Positions 1 to 10,010 of a stretch of DNA of 64,000 nt are shown piece by piece. The position numbers and the translations under genes are program-made. The notes beneath the pieces are model-generated. The model did not search any database. It saw only the letters and a list, made by a program, of their open reading frames with translations, and was not told the origin of the DNA. Every line of letters begins with the position of its first letter. The stretch's first letter is position 1. The DNA comes from Myxococcales bacterium (GTDB lineage: Bacteria; Myxococcota_A; UBA9042; JABWCM01; BTVJ01). The DNA is taken from contig BTVJ01000031.1 in assembly GCA_045863395.1 (NCBI GenBank), positions 1-64,000 on the forward strand, written 5' to 3'.

Positions 1-55
1 CCTCGCCCACCGCCTCGCCCACCGCCTCGCCCACCGCCTCGCCCACCGCCTCGCC
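1..55 (+). repeat. 12-bp tandem repeat CTCGCCCACCGC, at least 4 copies, encoding LAHR in the signal peptide n-region
   Basis: Read directly from the sequence; the array runs off the window start. Confidence 0.9.
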
Positions 56-1381
56 GCGGCCCTCGCCCTCGCGCTCCTCCCCGCCTGCTACGCCGAGTGG
101 GACCTCCCGCGCTGCTCCACTGCCGCCGAGTGCCCAGTGGGCTTCACGCAGTGCTACGACGGATACTGCCTCCGCACACCCCTCCAGGGGGTCGAGAAGG
201 CCCCGCTGCCGCCCGTAGGACCGCCTGACTCCGGCGTGGACGTGGCATTGACCCCGGACGCGTCCGCCGACACTCTTGTCGCCGATGTCTCAGACACTCA
301 CCAAGCCAACCCCTGCACCGGCGACCCACCACTGACCTTCGGCCCCGTCCACCGCGTCGCACTCGTGACGGGCCTCGACCCGCGTATCGCCGCGCACGGC
401 GACCTGGCCTTCGCCGTCGAGGGGTCGACCCTCTACGCCGTGTCCATCTCGACGCGCGCGGAGACGTGGAGCACACCGGTAGGCGGCGGGGCTCGGTGCC
501 CCCTCGTGCTCGACGACGGCACGGTGGCAGTGCCGCATGACGGAGGCGTGGCGTTCGTCAGTGCTGGTCCAGACGTCGCGCAAGTGCCGGTCGAGGGCGG
601 AGTCCCCGCCTGCCTCGCCCTCCGCTCCGACGGTGTCATCGTCGGCGTCGCTGGCATGGGCCGGGCGTTCTCCATCCCGCCGGGTGCACAGAGCGCCGCC
701 TGGTTCTCTCCCGCGTCCGTGACCCTGACTGGTGCCCCTGCCATCACCGCCGAGGACCGGGTGGTCGCCCGCACCGCCAGCGGGGCACTCCTCGTCCTAG
801 GCCTCGACGGCACACCGGAGGCCGCCCCCATCGCCCTCCCGGCTCCGGTGGCCTTCGACCCCATCGCGCGAGGTGCAGGCGCGCTCGCCGGTCTCGGCCC
901 CGCGGGTCTGGCCCACACCGTCTCGCCCCCCTGGGCAGCGCCGATCCCCATCGACGAGACCACCGGCGCGCGCTCCCTGATCCTCCCCACCCCCGACGCC
1001 GTACACCTGACCTCCTCCAAGGGGCTCGTCTCCCGCGCCGAGATCGTCCCGACGTCAACTGGCAAATGGACCCTCGATCTGGGCGGGCACGTGGGCCCGG
1101 GAATCGCCTCCCTGCCCTCTGGAAAGACGGCCGTCGTGGAGTCAGACTCGGCGACCCTGCACGCGCTCTCTCCGAGCGGCGCAATCGCAGTCTCGGCGCC
1201 GCTCCCGACGTCCGGTAGCCTGGGAGACTCCGTCGTGCTTGCTCTGGAGGGAGTCGTCATCGTCGGGACGGAGCTGGGCGGACTCTACATCGTGGAGTCA
1301 CCCTGCCTCACGGGCCTCGCCCCTGGCGCCCCGTGGCCGGCACTCCGGGGGGACGCGCGGAGCACGGGGCGCTCGCGCTGA
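1..1381 (+). CDS. Lipoprotein with PQQ-like/BamB-type beta-propeller; 5' end truncated by the window edge
   Basis: The frame is open from base 2 and reads LAHR x4, then LAAALALALLPAC (lipobox), a short Cys-rich module and an acidic linker. Propeller-like blades follow (ETWSTPVG, GKWTLDLGG, VVIVGTELGGLY), ending in WPALRGDARSTGR. The track start at 137 is internal. Confidence 0.65.
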   Translation, partial: LAHRLAHRLAHRLAHRLAAALALALLPACYAEWDLPRCSTAAECPVGFTQCYDGYCLRTPLQGVEKAPLPPVGPPDSGVDVALTPDASADTLVADVSDTHQANPCTGDPPLTFGPVHRVALVTGLDPRIAAHGDLAFAVEGSTLYAVSISTRAETWSTPVGGGARCPLVLDDGTVAVPHDGGVAFVSAGPDVAQVPVEGGVPACLALRSDGVIVGVAGMGRAFSIPPGAQSAAWFSPASVTLTGAPAITAEDRVVARTASGALLVLGLDGTPEAAPIALPAPVAFDPIARGAGALAGLGPAGLAHTVSPPWAAPIPIDETTGARSLILPTPDAVHLTSSKGLVSRAEIVPTSTGKWTLDLGGHVGPGIASLPSGKTAVVESDSATLHALSPSGAIAVSAPLPTSGSLGDSVVLALEGVVIVGTELGGLYIVESPCLTGLAPGAPWPALRGDARSTGRSR

Positions 1382-1402
1382 GCCGGGACCCGGCGCCACG
1401 CC

Positions 1403-2644
1403 TCACTCGCAGGGCACCGTCACCCGCACGTCGTCCGCCCAGACACCCTCGTAGTGGTTGTTGGTGCCGTCCACGCTGTCAAAGACCAGCGCGATCCTGA
1501 ACGGCGCCTTCGCCAACGCAGTGATGTCCAGCTCCAGTTGCTTCCAGCCCGAGATGGTGCCGCTCTTGATGTCGTCCTTGCTCCAGAGCACCGTGGGGCC
1601 GCCCTCCACCGGGCGCACCTCCACCCGCACGTGGTCCACGCTGAAGAGTGGCTCCACGTTGGGCGCAATCCAGAGTGAGAGCCCCACCGCGTCCCCGTCG
1701 AAGGGCCCCACGACGGGGCTCAAGGCCGTCCCCGCCGTCTTGCCCACGTCGTAGTCCTTCTCCGGTAGCCGTCCATAATACAATGCGCCCGGCAGTGAGA
1801 TCGCCTGCGAGTCGTGATACTGCCACTTCGCCCCAGACCCGTCCGCGTCCACCTCGAAGCCGTCGATCCCCCCGTCGCTGAAGGTCGCGGACCAGAGCGC
1901 CTTGGTCTTGGCGGGCTCGGAGCCGCACGTGTACTGCACGCAGATCGCCTGGAGACACTCGCCTGGAGTCACACAGTCGGCTGCAGTGGCGCAGCAACCG
2001 TCACCACCCGCCGCCCCGTACACGCACTTCCCGCCTGCGCACGCGTCGGCGCTGCACGGGTTCCCGTCGTCGCAGTCTGCCGCGGTCGCGCAGGGGCAGT
2101 CCTTCGATGCCCGCGGGTGGACACACCCGTTGCCGATGCACAGGTCCTCCGTGCAGTCGTCCTGGTCCGTGCAATCTCCGTCGGTGAGACAGCAGAAGCT
2201 GTCGGCGAACAGATGCACGCAGTCGTGCGCCGGAGTGCACTCGTCCACGGTGCACGCCACGCCGTCGTCGCAGTCCGCGTCGGACAGGCAACACGGCTCC
2301 TTCAGGTCGTGGACGCACGCCCCCTCGACGCAGGCGTCGAGGGTACACGGGAGGTTGTCGTTGCACTTGTAGTCCGCGTTCTCCGGCGTGCACTCGGGGG
2401 GGGGCGCGACATCCTCGGCCACCTCCGGGGTCTCCGCCACGTCGTCCGGCGCCACGTCCGCCGGAGGCCCCGCGTCGACTCCGGTGTCCACCACGACGAT
2501 CACGTCGGCGCTGCCGACGTCGGAGGCCGTGTCCACCGTCGCCCCGCTGTCCACCTTGGGCTCGGTGGTCCCAGAGTCACAAGCCCAGACCCCGAGCACG
2601 GTGGCGGCGAGCGCCCACCGCGCACGACCAACAGACGTCGACAT
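1403..2644 (-). CDS. Lipoprotein with CDDGxxCTxDxC Cys repeats and a C-terminal beta-sandwich (MAM-like) domain
   Basis: Lipobox LGVWAC, D/A/V/P acidic linker, about 5 Cys modules, and a C-terminal domain ending FRIALVFDSVDGTNNHYEGVWADDVRV. Confidence 0.7.
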   Translation of the reverse strand: MSTSVGRARWALAATVLGVWACDSGTTEPKVDSGATVDTASDVGSADVIVVVDTGVDAGPPADVAPDDVAETPEVAEDVAPPPECTPENADYKCNDNLPCTLDACVEGACVHDLKEPCCLSDADCDDGVACTVDECTPAHDCVHLFADSFCCLTDGDCTDQDDCTEDLCIGNGCVHPRASKDCPCATAADCDDGNPCSADACAGGKCVYGAAGGDGCCATAADCVTPGECLQAICVQYTCGSEPAKTKALWSATFSDGGIDGFEVDADGSGAKWQYHDSQAISLPGALYYGRLPEKDYDVGKTAGTALSPVVGPFDGDAVGLSLWIAPNVEPLFSVDHVRVEVRPVEGGPTVLWSKDDIKSGTISGWKQLELDITALAKAPFRIALVFDSVDGTNNHYEGVWADDVRVTVPCE

Positions 2645-2656
2645 GCCTCCTCCCGC

Positions 2657-3025
2657 TCAAGACTGGACGCAGGTCCCCAACCCACCACAGGTCAGCGTGC
2701 AGTCCTTCAGACAGCCCGTCAGCTCGCAGGAGCCGCTGCCCTCGCAGGTCAGCTCGCAGTTGTTGCCGGGGCAGTGCAGCGTGGCTGCCCCGCTCCCCGT
2801 CACGGTCGCCGTGCACCCGCCCGCCTCGCACACGAAGTCGCAAGCCCCGTCGCCCTTGCACTCGAAGGCGCAGCCGGCCCCCTCGCAGCTCCGAGAACAG
2901 GCCCCCATGCCCGTGCAGGCGCACACCTCGCCGCTGGCGCAGGTCTTGTCCGTCGCCAGGGTGTCGCACCCCGCGGCGAGCCCTCCAAGGACCACCAACG
3001 CCAGGACCATCAGACCGCCTCTCAT
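2657..3025 (-). CDS. Small Cys-rich lipoprotein (122 aa) with 19-aa repeats
   Basis: ATG at 3025 with a GGAGG RBS; lipobox LAAGC; 19 Cys counted. Confidence 0.75.
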   Translation of the reverse strand: MRGGLMVLALVVLGGLAAGCDTLATDKTCASGEVCACTGMGACSRSCEGAGCAFECKGDGACDFVCEAGGCTATVTGSGAATLHCPGNNCELTCEGSGSCELTGCLKDCTLTCGGLGTCVQS

Positions 3026-3056
3026 TCCGTCCCTCCATCCATGCACGGCGCCCGCC

Positions 3057-3085
3057 ACTCTACCGCTCGGCGACCGGCCTGCCAA
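3057..3085 (-). promoter_or_regulatory. Putative sigma70-type promoter TTGGCA-N17-TAGAGT
   Basis: Consensus-like boxes with a 17-nt spacer upstream of the ATG at 3025. Confidence 0.45.
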
Positions 3086-3204
3086 GCCGCCACGCCCAAC
3101 GGATCGTTCCGCAGATCCAACAGGGTCGCACCCTCTCCCGGGCCAGCCCGCGTCGGGCAGGCTCAGCCGCCACCGGGGCCACCCCGCCCCCCCCCGGCGG
3201 TCAC

Positions 3205-4116
3205 TCACGCGATGGCGGCTCGGAACAGCTTGCTCGGCAGCGTGCGGTGCAGGACCTCGCTCATGAACCGGCTCGCCTCCACCAGGGCGTCCAGGTCCAC
3301 CCCCGTGTCCACTCCCATGCCGTGGAGCATGTAGACCAGGTCCTCCGTAGCCAGGTTGCCGCTCGCGCCCGGCGCGTAGGGGCACCCGCCCAGGCCCCCC
3401 GCCGCCACGTCGAAGGTGGTGACCCCCATGAGCAGCCCGGTCAGCACGTTGGCCAGCGCCGTGCCCCGCGTGTCGTGCAGGTGCAGGGCGACGCGCTCCA
3501 GCCCCACCCCCTCGGCGAGCCGCCCCACCACGTCCTCCACCTGCCCCGGGCGTGCCACGCCGATGGTGTCGCCGATGCTGACCTCATAGCAGCCGAGCCC
3601 GATCAACGCCTCCGCGACCTGCACCACGCGGCCCGGATCCACAGCCCCTTCATAGGGGCACCCGAAGCACACCGACACGTACCCCCTCACCTCGACGCCC
3701 TCCGCCAGCGCGACCCGCACGACCTCGCCGAACCGGTCCAGGCTCTCCGCGATGGTCATGTTGATGTTGCGCCGCGTGAAGGACTCGGTGGCCCCCGTGA
3801 ACACCGCGATGCTGCGCACGCCGGCCGCCAGCGCGTTCTCCAGGCCTTTGCGGTTCGGCACGAGCGCCGAGTAGCGCACCCCCTCCCGGTGGAAGATGCC
3901 CGCGAACACCTCCGCCGCGTCGGCGAGCTGGGGCACCCGCGCCGGCCGTACGAAGCTCGTCACCTCGATGTCCCGCAGCCCCGCCTGGGTCAAGAGATCG
4001 ATGTACGCGATCTTGTCGACGGTGGGCACCTTGTCGGGCTCGTTCTGGAGCCCGTCCCGCGGCCCCACCTCGACGAGGCGCACCCGGCGCGGCACCTGGT
4101 CCAGGACGCGGCTCAC
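3205..4116 (-). CDS. liuE: Hydroxymethylglutaryl-CoA lyase
   Basis: Motifs VEVGPRDGLQNE, GDTIG, LHLHDTRG and GLGGCPYAPGASGNLATED; the GTG start overlaps the upstream stop (GTGA). Confidence 0.95.
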   Translation of the reverse strand: MSRVLDQVPRRVRLVEVGPRDGLQNEPDKVPTVDKIAYIDLLTQAGLRDIEVTSFVRPARVPQLADAAEVFAGIFHREGVRYSALVPNRKGLENALAAGVRSIAVFTGATESFTRRNINMTIAESLDRFGEVVRVALAEGVEVRGYVSVCFGCPYEGAVDPGRVVQVAEALIGLGCYEVSIGDTIGVARPGQVEDVVGRLAEGVGLERVALHLHDTRGTALANVLTGLLMGVTTFDVAAGGLGGCPYAPGASGNLATEDLVYMLHGMGVDTGVDLDALVEASRFMSEVLHRTLPSKLFRAAIA

Positions 4117-4595
4117 TCCGCCTCCTTGAGCTCGATGAGCGCCACCCCGGGCTGCACCATGTCCCCGCCCTTGCACCGCACGGCCACCACCACCCCTGCG
4201 TGCGGCGCCTTGATGGGGTGCTCCATCTTCATGGCCTCGATGAGCACCAGCGTCTGGCCGGCGTGTACCGTGTCCCCGGGGTCCACGTCCACCGCGATGA
4301 CCCGCCCGGGCAGCGGGCTCTCGAGGCCCCCCGCGTGGGCGTCGCCGCCGCGCCGCCTCCCCGCGTCCTTCTCGATCACCACGGTCTTGCCACCGACGGT
4401 CACCCACCGGCGCTCCCCGTCCCGCGTGACGCTGGCCCGAACCGCCCGCCCCCCGACGCCGAGCACCCACCCGTCCCCGACCCGCCGTACGGCCACCTCC
4501 CCCACTGCACGCTCGCCGATCCACACGTCGCAGACGTCCCCGCGCACCTCCACCCTCGTCTCGGCGCCTCTCCATCTGGTCTTCACGGTGCCCAT
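4113..4595 (-). CDS. Biotin carboxyl carrier subunit (BT-like plus biotinyl domain) of an acyl-CoA carboxylase
   Basis: SPLPGRVI...GQTLVLIEAMKMEH, containing the AMKM biotinylation motif. Confidence 0.9.
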   Translation of the reverse strand: MGTVKTRWRGAETRVEVRGDVCDVWIGERAVGEVAVRRVGDGWVLGVGGRAVRASVTRDGERRWVTVGGKTVVIEKDAGRRRGGDAHAGGLESPLPGRVIAVDVDPGDTVHAGQTLVLIEAMKMEHPIKAPHAGVVVAVRCKGGDMVQPGVALIELKEAE

Positions 4596-4600
4596 CTCCG

Positions 4601-6100
4601 TCAGATGTTGCGCCAGCCGGCGAGCCGAGTCCAGGGCGTCTCGGCTGCCGCGGTGACGCCCAGAGGCGTCGCCACCCTCTCCGACCCCATCGCCTCCGCC
4701 ACCGCCGCCGCGATCAGCGCGTCGTCCCCCACCAGGTCCGCCGCCCGGAAGCGATCCCCATACTCCGCGTCGATGAAGCTCGTATGGAAGTCGGCCCCCG
4801 CGAACGCCTCCGACCCCACCAGGTGCCGCAGGAACGACACGTTGGTGCGCACCCCGTGCACCACCGTCTGCTCCAGCGCCGCCAGCATCCGAGCGGTTGC
4901 CGCCTCCCGGTCCTCTCCCCACGCGCACAGCTTGGCGAGCATCGGGTCGTAGTGGACCATCACCTCGTCCCCCTCCCGCACGCCGCCGTCGTGGCGAATC
5001 CCCGGCCCCGCCGGCGCCGCGTAGCGCAGCAGCGTCCCCGTCGACGGCAGGAAGCCGGTCTCCGGGTCCTCGGCGTACAGCCGGCACTCGATGGCGTGGC
5101 CGCGCTGCCGGATCTGCTCCTGCGTCCAGGCCAGAGGCTCCCCCCCGGCAATCCGCAACTGCGCCACCACCAGGTCCACCCCCGTCACCAGCTCCGTGAC
5201 CGGGTGCTCCACCTGGAGGCGGGTGTTCATCTCCAAGAAATAGAACTCCCCGCCCCGATCCAGGATCATCTCCACCGTGCCGGCGCTGGTGTACCCCACC
5301 GCCCGGGCCGCCGCCAGCCCCGCCTCGCAGATGCGCTCCCGCTGCTCCCCACTGAGCACCGGCGACGGCGACTCCTCCACCACCTTCTGGTGCCGCCGCT
5401 GGAGCGAACACTCCCGCTCATACAAGTGCACCACATTCCCGTGCAGATCGCCCAGCACCTGCACCTCGATGTGCCGCGGCCCCTCCAGATACCGCTCCAG
5501 GTAGACGGTCCCGTCTCCGAACGCGCCTTCCGCCTCCCGCCGGGCCGCGTGCAGCGCCTCGTCCAGCTCCGCCGCCGACCGCACGACCCGCATCCCCTTG
5601 CCACCCCCACCAAACGCGGCCTTCACCAACAGAGGCCACCCCACCCGCTCCGCCTCCACCCGCAGCCGCTCCGGGCTCAGGTCCGCCCCGTGGTAGCCGG
5701 GGATCACCGGCACCCCCGCCGCCTCCATGGTGCGCCGGGACGCGGTCTTGCTGCCCATGGCCGCGATGACGTCCGGGCTCGGGCCCACCCAGACGAGCCC
5801 CGCGTCCACCACTGCCCGCGCAAACCCCTCGTTCTCGCTGAGGAACCCGTAGCCCGGGTGCACGGCGTCCGCCCCCACCCGGAGCGCCGCCTCCACGACG
5901 CGCTCCCCCCGCAGGTAGCTCTCCCGCGCGGGTGCCGGCCCCAGCACCACCACCTCGTCGGCCAGCTCCACGTGCAGCGCCGCTCGATCCGCCTCGCTGC
6001 ACACGGCCACGGGAGAGATCCCGAGCTCCCTGCACGCGCGGATCACCCGGACCGCGATCTCACCCCGGTTGGCGATGAGCACCCGCCGCAAACCGCCCAT
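4601..6100 (-). CDS. liuD: Biotin carboxylase subunit (N-terminal part of methylcrotonyl-CoA carboxylase alpha)
   Basis: Motifs VLIANRGEIA, HPGYGFLSEN, GGGGKGMR, ERECSLQRRHQK, EMNTRLQVEHPVTE and YDPMLAKL; lies in the liu cluster. Confidence 0.9.
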   Translation of the reverse strand: MGGLRRVLIANRGEIAVRVIRACRELGISPVAVCSEADRAALHVELADEVVVLGPAPARESYLRGERVVEAALRVGADAVHPGYGFLSENEGFARAVVDAGLVWVGPSPDVIAAMGSKTASRRTMEAAGVPVIPGYHGADLSPERLRVEAERVGWPLLVKAAFGGGGKGMRVVRSAAELDEALHAARREAEGAFGDGTVYLERYLEGPRHIEVQVLGDLHGNVVHLYERECSLQRRHQKVVEESPSPVLSGEQRERICEAGLAAARAVGYTSAGTVEMILDRGGEFYFLEMNTRLQVEHPVTELVTGVDLVVAQLRIAGGEPLAWTQEQIRQRGHAIECRLYAEDPETGFLPSTGTLLRYAAPAGPGIRHDGGVREGDEVMVHYDPMLAKLCAWGEDREAATARMLAALEQTVVHGVRTNVSFLRHLVGSEAFAGADFHTSFIDAEYGDRFRAADLVGDDALIAAAVAEAMGSERVATPLGVTAAAETPWTRLAGWRNI

Positions 6101-6897
6101 CACGCCCCCCTCGGGACCCAGGCCGGGTCGCGCTTCTCCAGAAAGGCCCGCATGCCCTCCTGCCCTTCGTGGCCGACCCGGAGGTCCGCGATGACGCCCG
6201 CCGTCCACGCGAGCCGCTCCCCGGCCGGGAGCCCCGGCACCACCCGCGCCAGCTCCTTGCACCGCGCCTGCGCCTCAGAACCGCCCCGCAGCAGGTGGCG
6301 CACCACCTTGCCCACCGCCGCGTCCAGGGCGTCGCCGCCCTCCCCCACCTCCGCGACCTGGGACACGAGCCCGATGCGCAGCGCCTCGTCCGCGCCGAAG
6401 CGCTCTCCCGTCAGGAAGTAGCGCCGCGCCGCGGTCACTCCGATGCGCCCGATGACGAAGGGCGAGATCACCGCCGGCGCGAGCCCGAGCCGCACCTCGG
6501 CGAGCCCGAACACGGCTCGCGAGGACGCGATGGCGATGTCCGCCGCCGCGACGAGCCCGACCCCACCGCCGATGGCCGCCCCGTGCACCCGCGCCACCAC
6601 CGGCTTGGCGCACTGGTCGATCCGCGCGAACAGCCCCCCGAGGCGCTGAGAGTCCCGCAGGTTGTCCTCCCGCGACCACCCCACCATCTGGCCCATCCAC
6701 CCCAGGTCGGCCCCGGCGCAGAAGCTCGGGCCCTCCCCACCGAGGACCACCACGCGGGTCCCGCCATCCCGCTCCGCCTCGTCGAAGGCGTCCGCCAGCT
6801 CGTCGATGAGGGCGTCGTCGAAGGCGTTGTGCAGCGCCGGCCGCGCCAGCGTGATCCGCCGCACCCCGGCCCCGGTCTCTACGTGCAGATGGCTCAT
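6100..6897 (-). CDS. liuC: Methylglutaconyl-CoA hydratase (enoyl-CoA hydratase family)
   Basis: Motifs HNAFDD, FCAGADLGWM, AIGGGVGL, EVRLGLAPAVISP and EGMRAFLEKR; operon context. An alternative GTG start is at 6903. Confidence 0.88.
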   Translation of the reverse strand: MSHLHVETGAGVRRITLARPALHNAFDDALIDELADAFDEAERDGGTRVVVLGGEGPSFCAGADLGWMGQMVGWSREDNLRDSQRLGGLFARIDQCAKPVVARVHGAAIGGGVGLVAAADIAIASSRAVFGLAEVRLGLAPAVISPFVIGRIGVTAARRYFLTGERFGADEALRIGLVSQVAEVGEGGDALDAAVGKVVRHLLRGGSEAQARCKELARVVPGLPAGERLAWTAGVIADLRVGHEGQEGMRAFLEKRDPAWVPRGA

Positions 6898-6899
6898 GC

Positions 6900-8507
6900 T
6901 CACATCCTGAACACGCCCACCCGGTAGGGCGGGGGCGGTACTTGCATGGTCACGGCCAGAGCCAGCCCCAGCACGTCGCGGGTGCTCGCCGGGTCGATGA
7001 TGCCGTCGTCCCAGAGGCGCGCCGTGCTGTAGTAGGGGCTCCCCTCCAGCTCGTACTTGTCGAGGATCGGCTGCTTGAACCGCGCCTCCTCCTCGGCGGA
7101 CCACCCCTTGCCCTCCCGCTCAAGGGCGTCGCGCTTCACGGTCGCCAGGACTCCCGCCGCCTGCTCCCCGCCCATGACGGACACCCGCGCGTTGGGCCAC
7201 ATCCACAGGAACCGCGGGTCGTAGGCCCGCCCGCACATGCCGTAGTTGCCCGCGCCGTAGCTGCCGCCGATGATCACGGTCAGGCGCGGCACGTTGGCCG
7301 TCGCCACCGCGTGCACCATCTTGGCGCCGTCCTTGGCGATGCCCCCCGCCTCATACTCCCGCCCCACCATGAAGCCCGTGATGTTCTGCAGGAAGAGCAG
7401 CGGCACCCCCCGCGTGCCGCACAGCTCGATGAAGTGCGTGGCCTTGAGCGCGCTCTCGCTGAAGAGGATGCCGTTGTTCGCGACGATCCCGACGGGATAC
7501 CCATGGATGTGCGCGAACCCGCACACCAGCGTCGTGCCGTAGCGCGCCTTGAACTCGTGCAGTCGGCTGCCGTCGACGATGCGCGCGATCACCTCCCGCA
7601 CGTCGTAGGGCTTGCGCGTGTCCGCCGGGATGACCCCGTACAGCTCCGCGGGGTCATACAGCGGGTCCTCCGGCGGTCGCACCTCGCAGTGGGGCCGCGT
7701 CGAGCGGTTCAGGTGCGCCACCACGGACCGCGCGAGCTCCAGGGCGTGCTCGTCGTCCTGGGCCAGGTGGTCCGCGACGCCGCTCTTGCGCGTGTGCACG
7801 TCCGCCCCGCCCAGCTCCTCGGCGGTCACCACCTCACCCGTCGCGGCGCGCACCAGCGGCGGCCCACCGAGGAAGATGGTCCCCTGCTCCTTGACGATGA
7901 TCGTCTCGTCGCTCATGGCGGGCACGTAGGCACCACCGGCCGTGCATGACCCGAGCACCACGGCGATCTGGGGGATGCCCGAGGCGCTCATCACCGCCTG
8001 GTTGAAGAAGATGCGCCCGAAGTGCTCCCGGTCGGGGAAGACCTCGGCCTGCAGCGGCAGGAAGGCACCACCCGAGTCCACCAGGTAGATGCAGGGCAGG
8101 CGGTTCTCCCGCGCGATGACCTGCGCCCGCAGGTGCTTCTTGACGGTGATGGGCAGGTAGGACCCGCCCTTCACCGTCGTGTCGTTGGCGATGATCATGC
8201 ACTCGAGCCCGCAGACGCGACCGATGCCGGTCACGATGCCCGCCGAGGGCGCCTCCCCCCCGTACAGCTCCCACGCGGCCAGGGGAGACAGCTCCAGGAA
8301 GGGGCTCCCCGGGTCCAGCAGGCGCTCGACCCGGTCCCGCGCCAGGAGCTTGCCCGCTGCCACGTGCCGCTCCCGTGCCTTCTCCGGGCCTCCCAAACGC
8401 GCCGCCGCCAGCCGCTCCCGCAGCTCCGCCACCAGCCCCTGCATGCGCGCCGCGCCTGCCCGAAAGGCATCGGACGTCGGATCCACCCTGCTCTCCAGTA
8501 CTTCCAT
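6900..8507 (-). CDS. liuB: Methylcrotonyl-CoA carboxylase beta (carboxyltransferase) subunit
   Basis: Motifs [42 protein letters not shown] and [13 protein letters not shown]-terminal GVFRM. Confidence 0.95.
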   Translation of the reverse strand: MEVLESRVDPTSDAFRAGAARMQGLVAELRERLAAARLGGPEKARERHVAAGKLLARDRVERLLDPGSPFLELSPLAAWELYGGEAPSAGIVTGIGRVCGLECMIIANDTTVKGGSYLPITVKKHLRAQVIARENRLPCIYLVDSGGAFLPLQAEVFPDREHFGRIFFNQAVMSASGIPQIAVVLGSCTAGGAYVPAMSDETIIVKEQGTIFLGGPPLVRAATGEVVTAEELGGADVHTRKSGVADHLAQDDEHALELARSVVAHLNRSTRPHCEVRPPEDPLYDPAELYGVIPADTRKPYDVREVIARIVDGSRLHEFKARYGTTLVCGFAHIHGYPVGIVANNGILFSESALKATHFIELCGTRGVPLLFLQNITGFMVGREYEAGGIAKDGAKMVHAVATANVPRLTVIIGGSYGAGNYGMCGRAYDPRFLWMWPNARVSVMGGEQAAGVLATVKRDALEREGKGWSAEEEARFKQPILDKYELEGSPYYSTARLWDDGIIDPASTRDVLGLALAVTMQVPPPPYRVGVFRM

Positions 8508-8610
8508 CGGGCCTCCCACGGGCTCCCAGTGACGGGTGGCGTCATAGCACAACGGCGCGCGCCGGGGGAAGGGCCAGCCGCCCCAATTTGCGCGCCCCCC
8601 GATGCCCCGA

Positions 8611-8639
8611 TTGCAGCCCCCGCGCCCCTGACGTAGGAT
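8611..8639 (+). promoter_or_regulatory. Putative sigma70-type promoter TTGCAG-N17-TAGGAT for pepP
   Basis: Consensus-like boxes with a 17-nt spacer in the divergent liuB/pepP gap. Confidence 0.45.
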
Positions 8640-8665
8640 GGCGCCCCTCGACCGGGAGACCACGA

Positions 8666-9988
8666 ATGGAACAGTTCGCCACACGCCGCGCCCGCTTCAT
8701 GGAGCGCATGGGCTCGGGCATCGCCGTCATCCCTGCCGCCTCGCTGACGGTCCGCAACAGCGACGTGGACCACGAGTTCCGGCAGGACAGCGCCTTCTAC
8801 TACCTGACGGGCTTCGAGGAGCCGGACGCGGTCCTGGTCCTGCGCCCAGGCCATTCGGCGCCCTTCACGCTCTTCGTGCCCCCGCGCGACAAGGAGAAGG
8901 AGACCTGGACCGGCCGCCGCGCGGGCCCCGAAGGCGCCAAGGACCACTACGGAGCCGACGCTGCCTTCCCCCTCGACGCGCTGGATGCGGAGCTGGCAAA
9001 GCTCATGGAGGGCGCCGACCGCCTTGTCTACGCCGTGGGCTCCCCCCTGGATCGCCGCGTCCTGAAGGCCATGCGCCACCACCGGACCATGCCCCGCTCG
9101 GGGGCCATCGGGCCCGACCTCATCGTGGAGCCCGCGTCCATCCTGGACGAGCTGCGGCTGCGCAAGTCGCCGGACGAGATCGCCGCGCTCCGTCAGGCCG
9201 CGGACATCACCTCGCTCGGGCACAGGGAGGCCATGCGCGTCGCGGCTCCGGGCTTGTGGGAGTACCAGGTGCAGGCGGTGATGGAGCTGTCCTTCCGCGC
9301 CCACGGCTCGCCGCGCAACGGCTACCCGTCCATCGTGGCCGGTGGACCCAACGCGACCATCCTGCACTACAACACGAACCGCATGCTGCTGCGGGGCGGC
9401 GATCTGCTGCTCATCGACGCGGGCGCCGAGCACGGCTACCTGACCGCCGACATCACGCGCACCTTCCCAGTGAGCGGGCGCTTCTCGGGACCGCAGCGGG
9501 ACGTCTATGAGGTGGTGCTCGGCGCCCAGAAGGCATCGATCGCGACCTGCGTGGCCGGCGGCTCGTTCCAGGCGAGCCACGACCGCGCCCTGGAGGTGCT
9601 CGTGGAGGGCATGGTCGCGCTCGGCCTGCTGGCGGGCGACACGAAGGAGCTGATCGCCGCAGAGGCCTACAAGCCCTACTACATGCACCGCACCAGCCAC
9701 TGGCTCGGCATGGACGTCCACGACGCCGGCGTCTACCGCCGAGGCACCGAGTGGCGGACCCTGGAGCCGGGCATGGTCCTCACCGTGGAGCCGGGCCTCT
9801 ACATCGCCGAGGACGCGCCTGTGGACGAGCGCCTGCGGGGCATCGGGGTCCGCATCGAGGACGACGTGCTGATCACCGAGGCCGGCCCCGTCGTGCTCAC
9901 CGCCATGTGCCCCAAGGAGCTCGACGACGTGGAGCGCGTCTGCGCCGAGCCGAGCCGCTTCGCCCCGTTCCTCCCCCTCGTCGCCTGA
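8666..9988 (+). CDS. pepP: Xaa-Pro aminopeptidase P (M24B)
   Basis: Motifs [29 protein letters not shown]...[24 protein letters not shown] and GVRIEDD. Confidence 0.95.
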   Translation: MEQFATRRARFMERMGSGIAVIPAASLTVRNSDVDHEFRQDSAFYYLTGFEEPDAVLVLRPGHSAPFTLFVPPRDKEKETWTGRRAGPEGAKDHYGADAAFPLDALDAELAKLMEGADRLVYAVGSPLDRRVLKAMRHHRTMPRSGAIGPDLIVEPASILDELRLRKSPDEIAALRQAADITSLGHREAMRVAAPGLWEYQVQAVMELSFRAHGSPRNGYPSIVAGGPNATILHYNTNRMLLRGGDLLLIDAGAEHGYLTADITRTFPVSGRFSGPQRDVYEVVLGAQKASIATCVAGGSFQASHDRALEVLVEGMVALGLLAGDTKELIAAEAYKPYYMHRTSHWLGMDVHDAGVYRRGTEWRTLEPGMVLTVEPGLYIAEDAPVDERLRGIGVRIEDDVLITEAGPVVLTAMCPKELDDVERVCAEPSRFAPFLPLVA

Positions 9989-10010
9989 ACCCCCTCGTGG
10001 AGCCCCACCC

